A DNA stretch of 41,296 nucleotides from Promethearchaeota archaeon (lineage in GTDB: Archaea > Asgardarchaeota > Lokiarchaeia > Sigyniarchaeales > SOKP01), in assembly GCA_019058015.1 (NCBI GenBank), contig JAHLWH010000263.1, forward strand, positions 1 to 41,296, given 5' to 3'. This document shows, in pieces, positions 19,103 through 27,302 of the stretch. A program made the translations under genes and the position numbers. Position 1 is the stretch's first letter. Every line of letters starts with the position of its first letter. The notes beneath the pieces are model-generated. The model made no database searches, was not told the origin of the DNA, and was given only the letters and a program-made list of their open reading frames with translations.

Positions 19103-20329
19103 ATGAGAAATCGCATTATTCTACTTCTATCGGTTTTTTTCCAAATGGCTGGAGGGATCTCATTTTTTACATATTATCCAAGATTTCTTTCAGCTCTTGG
19201 TGCTGATAATTTCTTCATCAGCTTTATTATTTCAATGATTTCATTAGCTTCTTTTATTTTTCCATCAATAATTGGCTTTTTTTCTGACAAATTTCAAACA
19301 AGAAAGAAGTTTATTATATACGGAATTATTGGGAATATAATTATTACAATTCCCATATTTTTTATAAGAATAGAATACATTTGGATTTATTTTCCTTTAA
19401 TTTTTATTAATGGGTTTTTTATTAATTGTTATGGCATGATTTATCCTTTATTTTCAGAAGTTTGTTTAAATGATTCAAAATGGATTTCTTATTACAATGC
19501 AGTTGTTGCTTCAGCATGGTTCTTTGGTTCTTTTTTTTGTGGAATATATGTAGATCTTATCGGAATTGAATATTTATTTTATTATTATACCTCATTTTTA
19601 TTAATCAGTTTTATTTTTTCTTTATTTATAAAAGAGAATAGAGAAGAAATATTTAAGTTAAACAAATCTTTGAAACAGAATAATCTTGTAAATGTTGATT
19701 TAGAGAAAACTCAACATGATAATATGTTAAATATGATATCTACTTCTCTTTATTTTGCATTATTTTTTAGAAATTTTGGAATTCGCCCTATTTTTAATGT
19801 ACTTGCGATCTTTTTTGCTTTAACTTTAACATCAGATACAGAAATCGGTTTTTTAATTAGTATAAATTTTTTACTTCAAATTGCCATTTCAGTTATGATT
19901 GGAAGAATCATTAATAAGAAAAACATGAAATTCATACTTATTTTAGGATTTATATTTAGCTCATTTGCTATGCTTGGATATTATTTCTCACGAGATTTCT
20001 GGGGTTTTCTAATTTCTCAATTACTAGTAAGCTTCAGTTATGCTGCCTTTTGGACAGCATCAATTATATATATCTCCCAAAACACTACACCTGAGAATAA
20101 GGGGCGTTATGTTGGTCTAGCAAACTCATTTTTTAGTTTAGGAAACTTTACGGGAAATATTTTTATTGGAATCCTATTAATGATAAATGATAATTTTTAT
20201 TTTACTATTCTCGTATTGTTCTTATTCCCAACAATTTCTGCATTATTTATCCTTTTTGGATTCAAATCAACTAAAACAATGGAAATTAAAAATAACCTTC
20301 ATTCCAAAAGGGAAATAATTGCTGGGTAA
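19103..20329 (+). CDS. MFS transporter
   Basis: About 12 hydrophobic segments, motif A-like GFFSDKFQTRKKF and ENKGRYVG. The 3' end overlaps the convergent helicase by 44 nt. Confidence 0.9.
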   Translation: MRNRIILLLSVFFQMAGGISFFTYYPRFLSALGADNFFISFIISMISLASFIFPSIIGFFSDKFQTRKKFIIYGIIGNIIITIPIFFIRIEYIWIYFPLIFINGFFINCYGMIYPLFSEVCLNDSKWISYYNAVVASAWFFGSFFCGIYVDLIGIEYLFYYYTSFLLISFIFSLFIKENREEIFKLNKSLKQNNLVNVDLEKTQHDNMLNMISTSLYFALFFRNFGIRPIFNVLAIFFALTLTSDTEIGFLISINFLLQIAISVMIGRIINKKNMKFILILGFIFSSFAMLGYYFSRDFWGFLISQLLVSFSYAAFWTASIIYISQNTTPENKGRYVGLANSFFSLGNFTGNIFIGILLMINDNFYFTILVLFLFPTISALFILFGFKSTKTMEIKNNLHSKREIIAG

Positions 20330-22268
20330 TTGCACCCTTTTTATCAGGTATAACTTCAATTTCATCTCTAAGCCAAGATGATATCCATTTCATTTTGTCT
20401 TTAAACCTATTATCTAGAAATATTATTGCTCCCTTATCATCAAGTTTTCTAATTGGACGACCCGCAGCTTGGTTTGCCCTCTCAATGGCTGGATAAAGAT
20501 AGGCAAACTCCCAACCTCGATTACGAAAAACCTTATCATAATATTTAATTTTTGCATTAACTCGTGGCGTAGGGACATGATACGGGAAACCAGCTATAAC
20601 AACAGAATTCATGAATTCAGCAGGATAATCTTCTCCTTCGCTGTTTCGACCACCGCATACCCCTAAGAGCACCGCTCCATTATTTTTTCCTTCACTTTTA
20701 AAATTTTCAATCATTATTGCATTTTCAGCTGCAGAAATATTTGAATCTTCAATATACAATTTTTTATTGTATTTTTGAACTATTTGCTCAATATCTTGGG
20801 TTAAAAGGCCTTTAAGTACATTGTAAGATGCACAAAATATACCTACATTTCCCGGGGTGCAATAAATCACTTCTTCAATTTTATTAACCATCTTTTTATA
20901 TGTTTGAGCGCCTCTATTTACTTTTTTTGTATTTATGTTCTCAATGATTAAAGCTTTAATATTATTTTTTGGGAAGGGGGATGGTGATACAATAACTTTA
21001 CTTGTTTTCCCGGTTTCATTTAATCCCATTAAATTAGTATATACGTAAGGGTTTACTGTACCAGAGAGACTCAATGTAGAAAATGCATTCTTAAAAACAG
21101 GAACGGTTATTTCTCGAGGATCTAAAGCCACAATCTCCATAGAAATGTTTTTATTGCCTTCTCGTGTCGTCCTTAGATTATAACAAAAGAAAAATCGTTC
21201 ATTATCTAAGACTTCTAACCATTTTAACCAATATTTTGCGATTGATCCGATATAATCGCGTTGAACTAATCCCTGACTTGATTTAATTTCGGCTACATAA
21301 GAACTAAATTCTTTCAACTCTTTTATTAAAATTTTAAAGCTGTTTAAATCCTTTAATCCTATCTTTTCATAAAGATTTTTTACCAAAATCTCTGGATTTA
21401 ATTCGCGCTCCTCTACGTTAAGATTTGTTTTTTTGTTTTCCAGATGAGCAATTAAAATTCTTATTAAATTTATCATATCCCTGTCGGCATTGTACAATTC
21501 TAAATCTTTTAAAGCTAACTTAAGAATAAACGGGGATATTCGCTCAGAATTTACTTGCGTAGCCATACTTAAGATATTGTGGCATTCATCATTTATTAAA
21601 ATACAGTTGAATAGATCTTTATTTATAAATTTTAAGAAAATCTCCTTTATATCAGGATTAAATAGCCAGTGATATGAACAAATTACAATTCCCACTTTTT
21701 CTAATAGAAGTTTGCTTAAGAAATACGGACAGTACCCCGCTCCACCTGCAAAACTAATAATCTCATCAGCATCACATGGTTCTATTAGAAGCTTTTTTGC
21801 AATTATCGAAATATCTTCGGTTTTACCTAGATCTTTCATTAATTTTGAATAATATTTACAATTCTTATTTTTTCTTAAATCTCTGCAAACAGAAATACTA
21901 TCATGAGGCGATAATTTGAGTTGAAGCAGAGTTTTATTAAGACACATTTCATGCCGTCCTTTAATGCTAATTCCATTGATTGGTCTATCAAATTTGTTTT
22001 TTGATAAAAATTTTGTAATTTTTTTTAATTCTCTGAGTGCTCTGAAATTTTGTGTGTGAGTTCTGCAAAGATATATAATCTTTAAGCCATTTTCAAGAGC
22101 TAAGGGTAAAATGCTACTGAGAGCAATTATTGTTTTTCCAGTACCATTGGGAGCGACTAAAATAATGTTCTTTCTTTCTTTGACACAATCACTAATTTCT
22201 TTTGTATTTTCCTCTTGTCCTTTTCTAAAGGCTTCATAAGGGAAAAAGGTTGCATATTTAAATACGAT
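20286..22268 (-). CDS. xpd: XPD/Rad3 Fe-S DNA helicase (probable ATC start; 107 codons longer than the track ORF)
   Basis: The frame stays open upstream of 21947 and encodes the Q motif FFPYEAFRKGQ, Walker A APNGTGKT and motif Ia YLCRTHTQ. Downstream: Fe-S cysteines, CPYF, DECHN, SGT, SEGEDY and QAAGRPIR. Confidence 0.92.
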   Translation of the reverse strand: MVFKYATFFPYEAFRKGQEENTKEISDCVKERKNIILVAPNGTGKTIIALSSILPLALENGLKIIYLCRTHTQNFRALRELKKITKFLSKNKFDRPINGISIKGRHEMCLNKTLLQLKLSPHDSISVCRDLRKNKNCKYYSKLMKDLGKTEDISIIAKKLLIEPCDADEIISFAGGAGYCPYFLSKLLLEKVGIVICSYHWLFNPDIKEIFLKFINKDLFNCILINDECHNILSMATQVNSERISPFILKLALKDLELYNADRDMINLIRILIAHLENKKTNLNVEERELNPEILVKNLYEKIGLKDLNSFKILIKELKEFSSYVAEIKSSQGLVQRDYIGSIAKYWLKWLEVLDNERFFFCYNLRTTREGNKNISMEIVALDPREITVPVFKNAFSTLSLSGTVNPYVYTNLMGLNETGKTSKVIVSPSPFPKNNIKALIIENINTKKVNRGAQTYKKMVNKIEEVIYCTPGNVGIFCASYNVLKGLLTQDIEQIVQKYNKKLYIEDSNISAAENAIMIENFKSEGKNNGAVLLGVCGGRNSEGEDYPAEFMNSVVIAGFPYHVPTPRVNAKIKYYDKVFRNRGWEFAYLYPAIERANQAAGRPIRKLDDKGAIIFLDNRFKDKMKWISSWLRDEIEVIPDKKGAITQQLFPFWNEGYF

Positions 22269-22275
22269 AAATTTA

Positions 22276-22279
22276 CACC
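22276..22279 (-). promoter_or_regulatory. Shine-Dalgarno-like GGTG, 7 nt upstream of the proposed ATC start of xpd
   Basis: Minus strand reads tGGTGtaaattt-ATC-GTA-TTT. Similar GGTG(A) motifs precede other starts in the window (9758, 30298). Confidence 0.55.
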
Positions 22280-22414
22280 ATTTAAATTTCTAAATACTAT
22301 GTAATAAATAATTTGATTAAAATATAAAATATATTGAATGAGGGATTAGTAAATTAGTAAAAATAAAACTTATAAAGAAAAATTAAAATAATTCAAAGTT
22401 ATCTATTTAATTAA

Positions 22415-23278
22415 ATGCCGGAAAAATATTATTTAAACTCAACCAAACTTCTTATACAGAAAGATATCCTCCTAAAAACTTCAATATTTTTGATAGGTTT
22501 TTTATTAATTTTAGTGCAGAATTGGATAAACCCAATTTTAATTTTATATCCTATTGTCTCGTTTAGTTTTTCATTATTTTTTCAAATAATAGAGTCTAAT
22601 AAGAAAATCACGAAAATAGAGGATTCTATTATATCTTATAACCCTTTTGGAGGAGAAGGGGGAAACTCAAATATATTGACCATATTTTCATATTTGCAAA
22701 TGCTTTTAATCTTTACAGCAGGGTTAGATTCATTATTCCATCCACAATTAGTAGATAATTTTTTCTTGTTTTTTCTGATCCCCCTTGTATTTTTATATGG
22801 ATTTGAATTCTTTTTGCTCCTTATTAAAGTTCTCAATAAAGCAATAATTGAAATTGATTTAAAGAATTTTAAGAATCAAATAAAACAAAATTCTAAAAGT
22901 AAGACGAATAAAGATGTAATATCATTTATTGAGATTAAGAGATTTAAAAAATATTCTCTTTACAACCTTATTTTGTTCATTATAATTCTGATTTTTACAT
23001 TGGGCATGTCATTCTTAGCATTCTTCGGTCAAATACTGGCGTTACCATTTTATCTCCCCGGAACCGGTATTGAAGGTTCTCAACCCGTTAATATTTCTTA
23101 TGGACTATATCTTAGCGTAATTATGCCACCAATCTACACAATTTGGTTTTTGTATCAGATCTATAAAAATATAATAGATTTTTCTCATGATTCCGCAGAA
23201 AAGGTTATTAATAATATAACCGATGATTCAAAAAAAGCAGTAATATTAAATTTTCTTAATTTTAACAAAAATAATTGA
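22415..23278 (+). CDS. Hypothetical integral membrane protein (about 6 TM)
   Basis: Six hydrophobic segments with conserved-looking loops (HPQLVDN, LPGTGIEGS); function not recognised. Confidence 0.75.
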   Translation: MPEKYYLNSTKLLIQKDILLKTSIFLIGFLLILVQNWINPILILYPIVSFSFSLFFQIIESNKKITKIEDSIISYNPFGGEGGNSNILTIFSYLQMLLIFTAGLDSLFHPQLVDNFFLFFLIPLVFLYGFEFFLLLIKVLNKAIIEIDLKNFKNQIKQNSKSKTNKDVISFIEIKRFKKYSLYNLILFIIILIFTLGMSFLAFFGQILALPFYLPGTGIEGSQPVNISYGLYLSVIMPPIYTIWFLYQIYKNIIDFSHDSAEKVINNITDDSKKAVILNFLNFNKNN

Positions 23279-23366
23279 TTATAAATTTATAAATAACATA
23301 AATATTTTCCATATATTATAGAAGAATCATTCATCTCTAATAGGTATAATAATAAAAAATTCGAAA

Positions 23367-23900
23367 ATGAGCAATAAGCCCTTATATGTATTTAAAATTG
23401 TTGTTCTAGGTGAAGGTGGCGTAGGAAAGACCACAATGATCCGCCGGTTATGTTACCAAAAATATATGCCCCAAAAGCTCACGATAGGCGCGGATTTAGC
23501 TTCTTACGACTTGAAAATTGATGATAATCCTTTTAAATTACAGCTCTGGGATTTTGCGGGAGAAAAGAGGTTTAGATTCTTCCTTCCTTCTTATTGTAAA
23601 GGTGCAGTAGGCGCTCTCTTAGTATTTGACCTCGCGAGATATTCAACCTTTAAAAAATTGAATGAGTGGTATGAGATAGTAACTCAAAATTCAAAACACC
23701 TTTCTATTATTTTAGTTGGTTCTAAATGCGATTTAGTGAAAGATAAAGGTGCAATTGATTTTGAAGAAATAATAGAATTTCAAAAATCACATAATATTGA
23801 AGGCTATATTGAAACTTCGTCTAAAACAGGGGAAAACAATAAAGATGTCTTTGAACTTCTAGTAAGAAAAATTATAAATAAGATGGATAAAAATAAATAA
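23367..23900 (+). CDS. Rab-like small GTPase (Ras superfamily)
   Basis: G1 GEGGVGKT, G2 TIGAD, G3 WDFAGE, G4 SKCD, G5 ETSSK; RabF-like KLQLW, RFR, YCKGA and LVFD. No C-terminal Cys prenylation motif. Confidence 0.93.
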   Translation: MSNKPLYVFKIVVLGEGGVGKTTMIRRLCYQKYMPQKLTIGADLASYDLKIDDNPFKLQLWDFAGEKRFRFFLPSYCKGAVGALLVFDLARYSTFKKLNEWYEIVTQNSKHLSIILVGSKCDLVKDKGAIDFEEIIEFQKSHNIEGYIETSSKTGENNKDVFELLVRKIINKMDKNK

Positions 23901-23939
23901 AGAAATTTTAATAAAAAAAGGAAAAAAAAAAATTAGGGT

Positions 23940-24884
23940 TTATTCACTCATAAAATATTTCAGATCTTCAAGTGTGAGACCCAAATAATGTATTTTTGCC
24001 ATATCAGTTCCGAGTAATGTCTGAATATTTTTTCTCTTCTTTCTATTCGTGAGTTCTTTCAACTTTGTTAAATCTGGAGTCTTATTCGCAATTTCGATCT
24101 GACCCCCTTTTATTGCGGCATCAATAAGATCTTGACCTGTTTTATTTCTAATAATTACAAGAGTTTCTTCTTTTACTGCACCCATTGTTCCAACTGATAA
24201 ATCTGAATGTTCGGCTGCGAAATCCACGCAAAATTTACAACCCGGCAACCCTCCAGAAGCGCACATGAACCCAATCTTTAATGTTGTATAATTTGCCCCA
24301 GTACTAAACGGAGAAAGCATGACTTTACTAACTCCTGTAAGGTGGCACGGATTTCCAAGAAACCCAATTTTGTTAGCACCATTTTCCCATGCTTCACCGA
24401 TACCAGTGACTAATGGACCTGCTAATTGAAGGCTTCTTTCGGGGATATATTTTTTAGCTTCTTTAGTATCTTTTACGACCACCGGGATATTATTATTTTT
24501 TCCTTTAATTTTCGTAGCATCCTTAGGTAAAACCATTGCGTCAATCATTTTTTCAGAAAATGCTACTTCAATTAAACCTAGTAAAACAGAATTCGCTTTT
24601 TTGGTTTTTACAGAGATTATGTCTTTATAAAACCCAAGAGCCATATCTGCTCTTTTCTGACCAAAAAGCATTTCATCCATTTTTCCTAATGGAAGGTCTG
24701 TTCTAGGACAACTATTATAACATAAACCGATTGTTTCTTGGCATTCAAATTCAAATTGTGGAAGTCCGACATCATCATACGCTATATGGTGACAAAAAGC
24801 TCCGCAAGTACCACAATGGGCACATTTTCCGTTGTAAATAACTTCAGTCTCCAAATCAGGAGAAGATTTTTCAACTTTTAACAT
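23940..24884 (-). CDS. Coenzyme F420 hydrogenase/dehydrogenase beta-subunit-like protein (FrhB/FdhB family) with N-terminal Fe-S domain
   Basis: CAHCGTCGAFC, GLCYNSCPR, GFLGNPCH, KIGFMC, GCKFCVDFAAEHSDLSVG and IIRNKTG. Confidence 0.82.
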   Translation of the reverse strand: MLKVEKSSPDLETEVIYNGKCAHCGTCGAFCHHIAYDDVGLPQFEFECQETIGLCYNSCPRTDLPLGKMDEMLFGQKRADMALGFYKDIISVKTKKANSVLLGLIEVAFSEKMIDAMVLPKDATKIKGKNNNIPVVVKDTKEAKKYIPERSLQLAGPLVTGIGEAWENGANKIGFLGNPCHLTGVSKVMLSPFSTGANYTTLKIGFMCASGGLPGCKFCVDFAAEHSDLSVGTMGAVKEETLVIIRNKTGQDLIDAAIKGGQIEIANKTPDLTKLKELTNRKKRKNIQTLLGTDMAKIHYLGLTLEDLKYFMSE

Positions 24885-24917
24885 TTCTTATCCACTTTAA
24901 TCTATAATTGAATATTT

Positions 24918-25190
24918 TTATTTTAAATATTGACTGCAAGAATCTTTAATTCTACGCCTTAAATGGCCTGGTTCTTTCCATACAATCCATGTACCTCCAG
25001 ATTTCCTAAAATTTAAGTGATAATTATCTTCAATTTTGAAAAGAACCTTTTTAATGTAAGTCCAAGATAAATTTGTGTTATCTTTAATTTCTTTAATTGA
25101 AACTGGATGATTTTCTTCCATGTTATTGAAAAATTTAATTATTTTATCGTATCCACTTGGTGATCTCAGTATGTTCTCATTCTCAGTAAT
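24918..25190 (-). CDS. Small winged-helix DNA-binding protein (start ATG 25121 or non-canonical ATT 25190)
   Basis: PVSIKEIKDNTNLSWTYIKKVL...RKSGGTWIVW gives HTH plus wing. The upstream open frame ITENENILRSPSGYDKIIKFF could supply helix 1. Confidence 0.65.
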   Translation of the reverse strand: MTENENILRSPSGYDKIIKFFNNMEENHPVSIKEIKDNTNLSWTYIKKVLFKIEDNYHLNFRKSGGTWIVWKEPGHLRRRIKDSCSQYLK

Positions 25191-25519
25191 TTTATGACGA
25201 CCTTTTAAAGATACTTAAAGCCAACTAACTTAATTTTAAAAATTAAAATTAATATAAAAAGTTGAGCTAGAAATTTCCAACTATCAAAGAAATATTTTGA
25301 ACAAAACAAATCATGGCATTTTGGAATATCATATAAAAATTTGCTGATTTCTATTATGTTTTATGGTATTTTCATAAAAAATCTCGCTTTTTGATTCTAA
25401 ACCGTTCAAAAATTTATTATTTTTATCTCAATATCATCATAGATTTTATTAAAAATCTCAAGGATCGTTTTATTTATGTATTAAAAATTATTAATATTTC
25501 CGTAACATAAATATGGGAG

Positions 25520-25780
25520 GCTTTAATTAGAATCAGAACGAAAACATAAAAATTACATTGGAAGTAAAATTAGGAAGGGCATTATCTAAAGAGTTTAATT
25601 TTTTATTAAATACTGAGTAAATGGCTCTTAAAATATTCTCAAAAAAGTAATCGGAAATGATTTCATTTGAAATCTATTCGATAGGGGTTGCTGGTTTCAG
25701 CCCGTGCGAATAAGGAACCAGTTTCAAACTTCACATGACAATATTTATTAAATTCTTTTAATGATTTGATATAAATTTAA
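25520..25780 (+). mobile_element. tnpB: Decayed tnpB 3' end / right end of an IS200/IS605- or IS607-family element
   Basis: Across stops and frameshifts it reads LESERKHKNYIGSKIRKG..LLNT..NGS*NILKKVIGNDFI*NLFDRGCWFQPVRIRNQFQTS. This matches the TnpB C-terminus pattern (KH..Y.G.R..RG....INADVNGAxNIL.K......G....PVRI). Boundaries are approximate. Confidence 0.72.
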
Positions 25781-26004
25781 TAAAATTGATAACTTGGTTA
25801 CATTCATAATTGGAGCAATCATATTTCATCCCCCCTATATTCCCTATTATCTTTACCCCCTTTATCTTTTCTAAAGATAATTTTTTTTTCGTAACTATAT
25901 TCTTCTTTATCAGATTTATTACTAAATCTTTAGCCTTTATTCTTATATATATTATCCTACTTGACTCTATATTATCAAAATGCTCTAACATTTAATATCT
26001 ACTT

Positions 26005-26751
26005 ATGGAAGAAAAGACTAAAAAAAAATTATCCAACGCTCGTTTTAATAATTTGGATGAAATTAATAATCAAAATATTGATTATGATCCCCGATATGGG
26101 ATGGACCCTGGGGTAGAGCTGGAAAATTATAAAGAATATCTACTAATTTTACAAAAAATTTGTAGAAATGATGGAATTCTTATAGAAAAAGAGAAAAATA
26201 AACACCTTGAGAGACATTTACTCAATAAAGAGGAACAGTTAGTAAAAGACATCGATATAAATAACCAAACTATATTGAATGCAATAGAAATATCAAGTGG
26301 AAAATTAAGGAAATTAAAACATTTTATTCAGTATCAGAAGGACAAAATTAAAGAGCTTGAAATACAGAAAAATCAAGAAATTCAAGATATCAGAGAAGAA
26401 AATATAAATTTAATGAAAGAGAAAGAGATTTTGGAAAGTAAAGTCTTTAAAGATCTTGTCTCTAAAGTGCTTACTAATATTCCATACTTACCTGCGTTAC
26501 CTTCAAATCCAAATATGGCTCAAATTCATAAAGTTCATAGCGATATGGAGATAAAACGGATAAGAAGACCACCGACGGCAAAAACACCCATCAATCCTAA
26601 AGAAAATGCTTTTCGTGCAGTAGTTGCGGAATTAAAAGGTGCACTTAGTAAAGGAAATCCTTTGAAGCCAATTGATCCGCAAGAATTAAAAGAGATAAAA
26701 GAAGAGCGTGAAAAAAGAATGAAAGAAATTAAGGTTCGGAAACTCTTTTAA
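26005..26751 (+). CDS. Coiled-coil protein with Pro-rich segment and possible WH2-like motif
   Basis: Long E/K/Q coiled coil, then PYLPALPSNP and RRPPTAKTP, then helix FRAVVAELKGAL followed by LKPI. Confidence 0.6.
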   Translation: MEEKTKKKLSNARFNNLDEINNQNIDYDPRYGMDPGVELENYKEYLLILQKICRNDGILIEKEKNKHLERHLLNKEEQLVKDIDINNQTILNAIEISSGKLRKLKHFIQYQKDKIKELEIQKNQEIQDIREENINLMKEKEILESKVFKDLVSKVLTNIPYLPALPSNPNMAQIHKVHSDMEIKRIRRPPTAKTPINPKENAFRAVVAELKGALSKGNPLKPIDPQELKEIKEEREKRMKEIKVRKLF

Positions 26752-26877
26752 CATTTCAAGGTTCGCGGCGTTTTAAATAGTGTGATCAGAAAAATATATT
26801 TATACAAAGATATAAATAGATCTTTTGTAAAATATATTTTTAAATGAATTTATTCATTTTTTAAAAAGTGAAATTAA

Positions 26878-27201
26878 ATGGTAATAGTTATTTTACGTCA
26901 AATTCAGAAAATTTATCCAGATAAATGGGATGAGTTAGAGGAGATTGATAAAAAATTCAATGAAATTGAGAAAAAGCTTGGATTTCCTGATACTAAAAAG
27001 CGTTATCGCCACCTAATGGGAACTCACAGTTTAAACACTCTTATTGTCGAGTACCAATTCCAGAGCTTGGCTAAACTTGAAAAAATAATGACAAAAGCAG
27101 TCTTAGATCCAGAATATCAGAAGCTCCAAGAAAAATCTCTGTCTATTATAGAAGATGTTCAATGGGAAATATATACTCCATGGCCATTGGTTCCTCCATA
27201 A
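26878..27201 (+). CDS. Small dimeric alpha-beta barrel (NIPSNAP/DUF1330-like) protein
   Basis: RQIQKIYPDKW...TLIVEYQFQSLAKLE...DPEYQKLQ pattern. Confidence 0.6.
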   Translation: MVIVILRQIQKIYPDKWDELEEIDKKFNEIEKKLGFPDTKKRYRHLMGTHSLNTLIVEYQFQSLAKLEKIMTKAVLDPEYQKLQEKSLSIIEDVQWEIYTPWPLVPP

Positions 27202-27302
27202 GTTTATGAAAAAAAAAAGAAATCTTAGTATCTGCTTGGATTCTAAATTTTATTTAATTTTTTTTTTATTTTTTTATTATAATATATTTTTTTGTAATAA
27301 AA

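Noticed and set aside
20286-20329. 44-nt convergent overlap of MFS and xpd as a regulatory feature
   Set aside because: Short tail-to-tail overlaps are common in compact genomes and nothing else supports a function.
25684-25735. Hairpin followed by ACA as an H/ACA RNA, riboswitch or SECIS
   Set aside because: It lacks a two-sided pseudouridylation pocket, K-turn or GA quartet. It is better explained as the tnpB 3'/right-end sequence.
25758-25995. Track ORFs 25758..25991(-) and 25810..25995(+)
   Set aside because: Mutually overlapping, low-complexity AT-rich frames with no motifs, lying over the probable promoter region of 26005.
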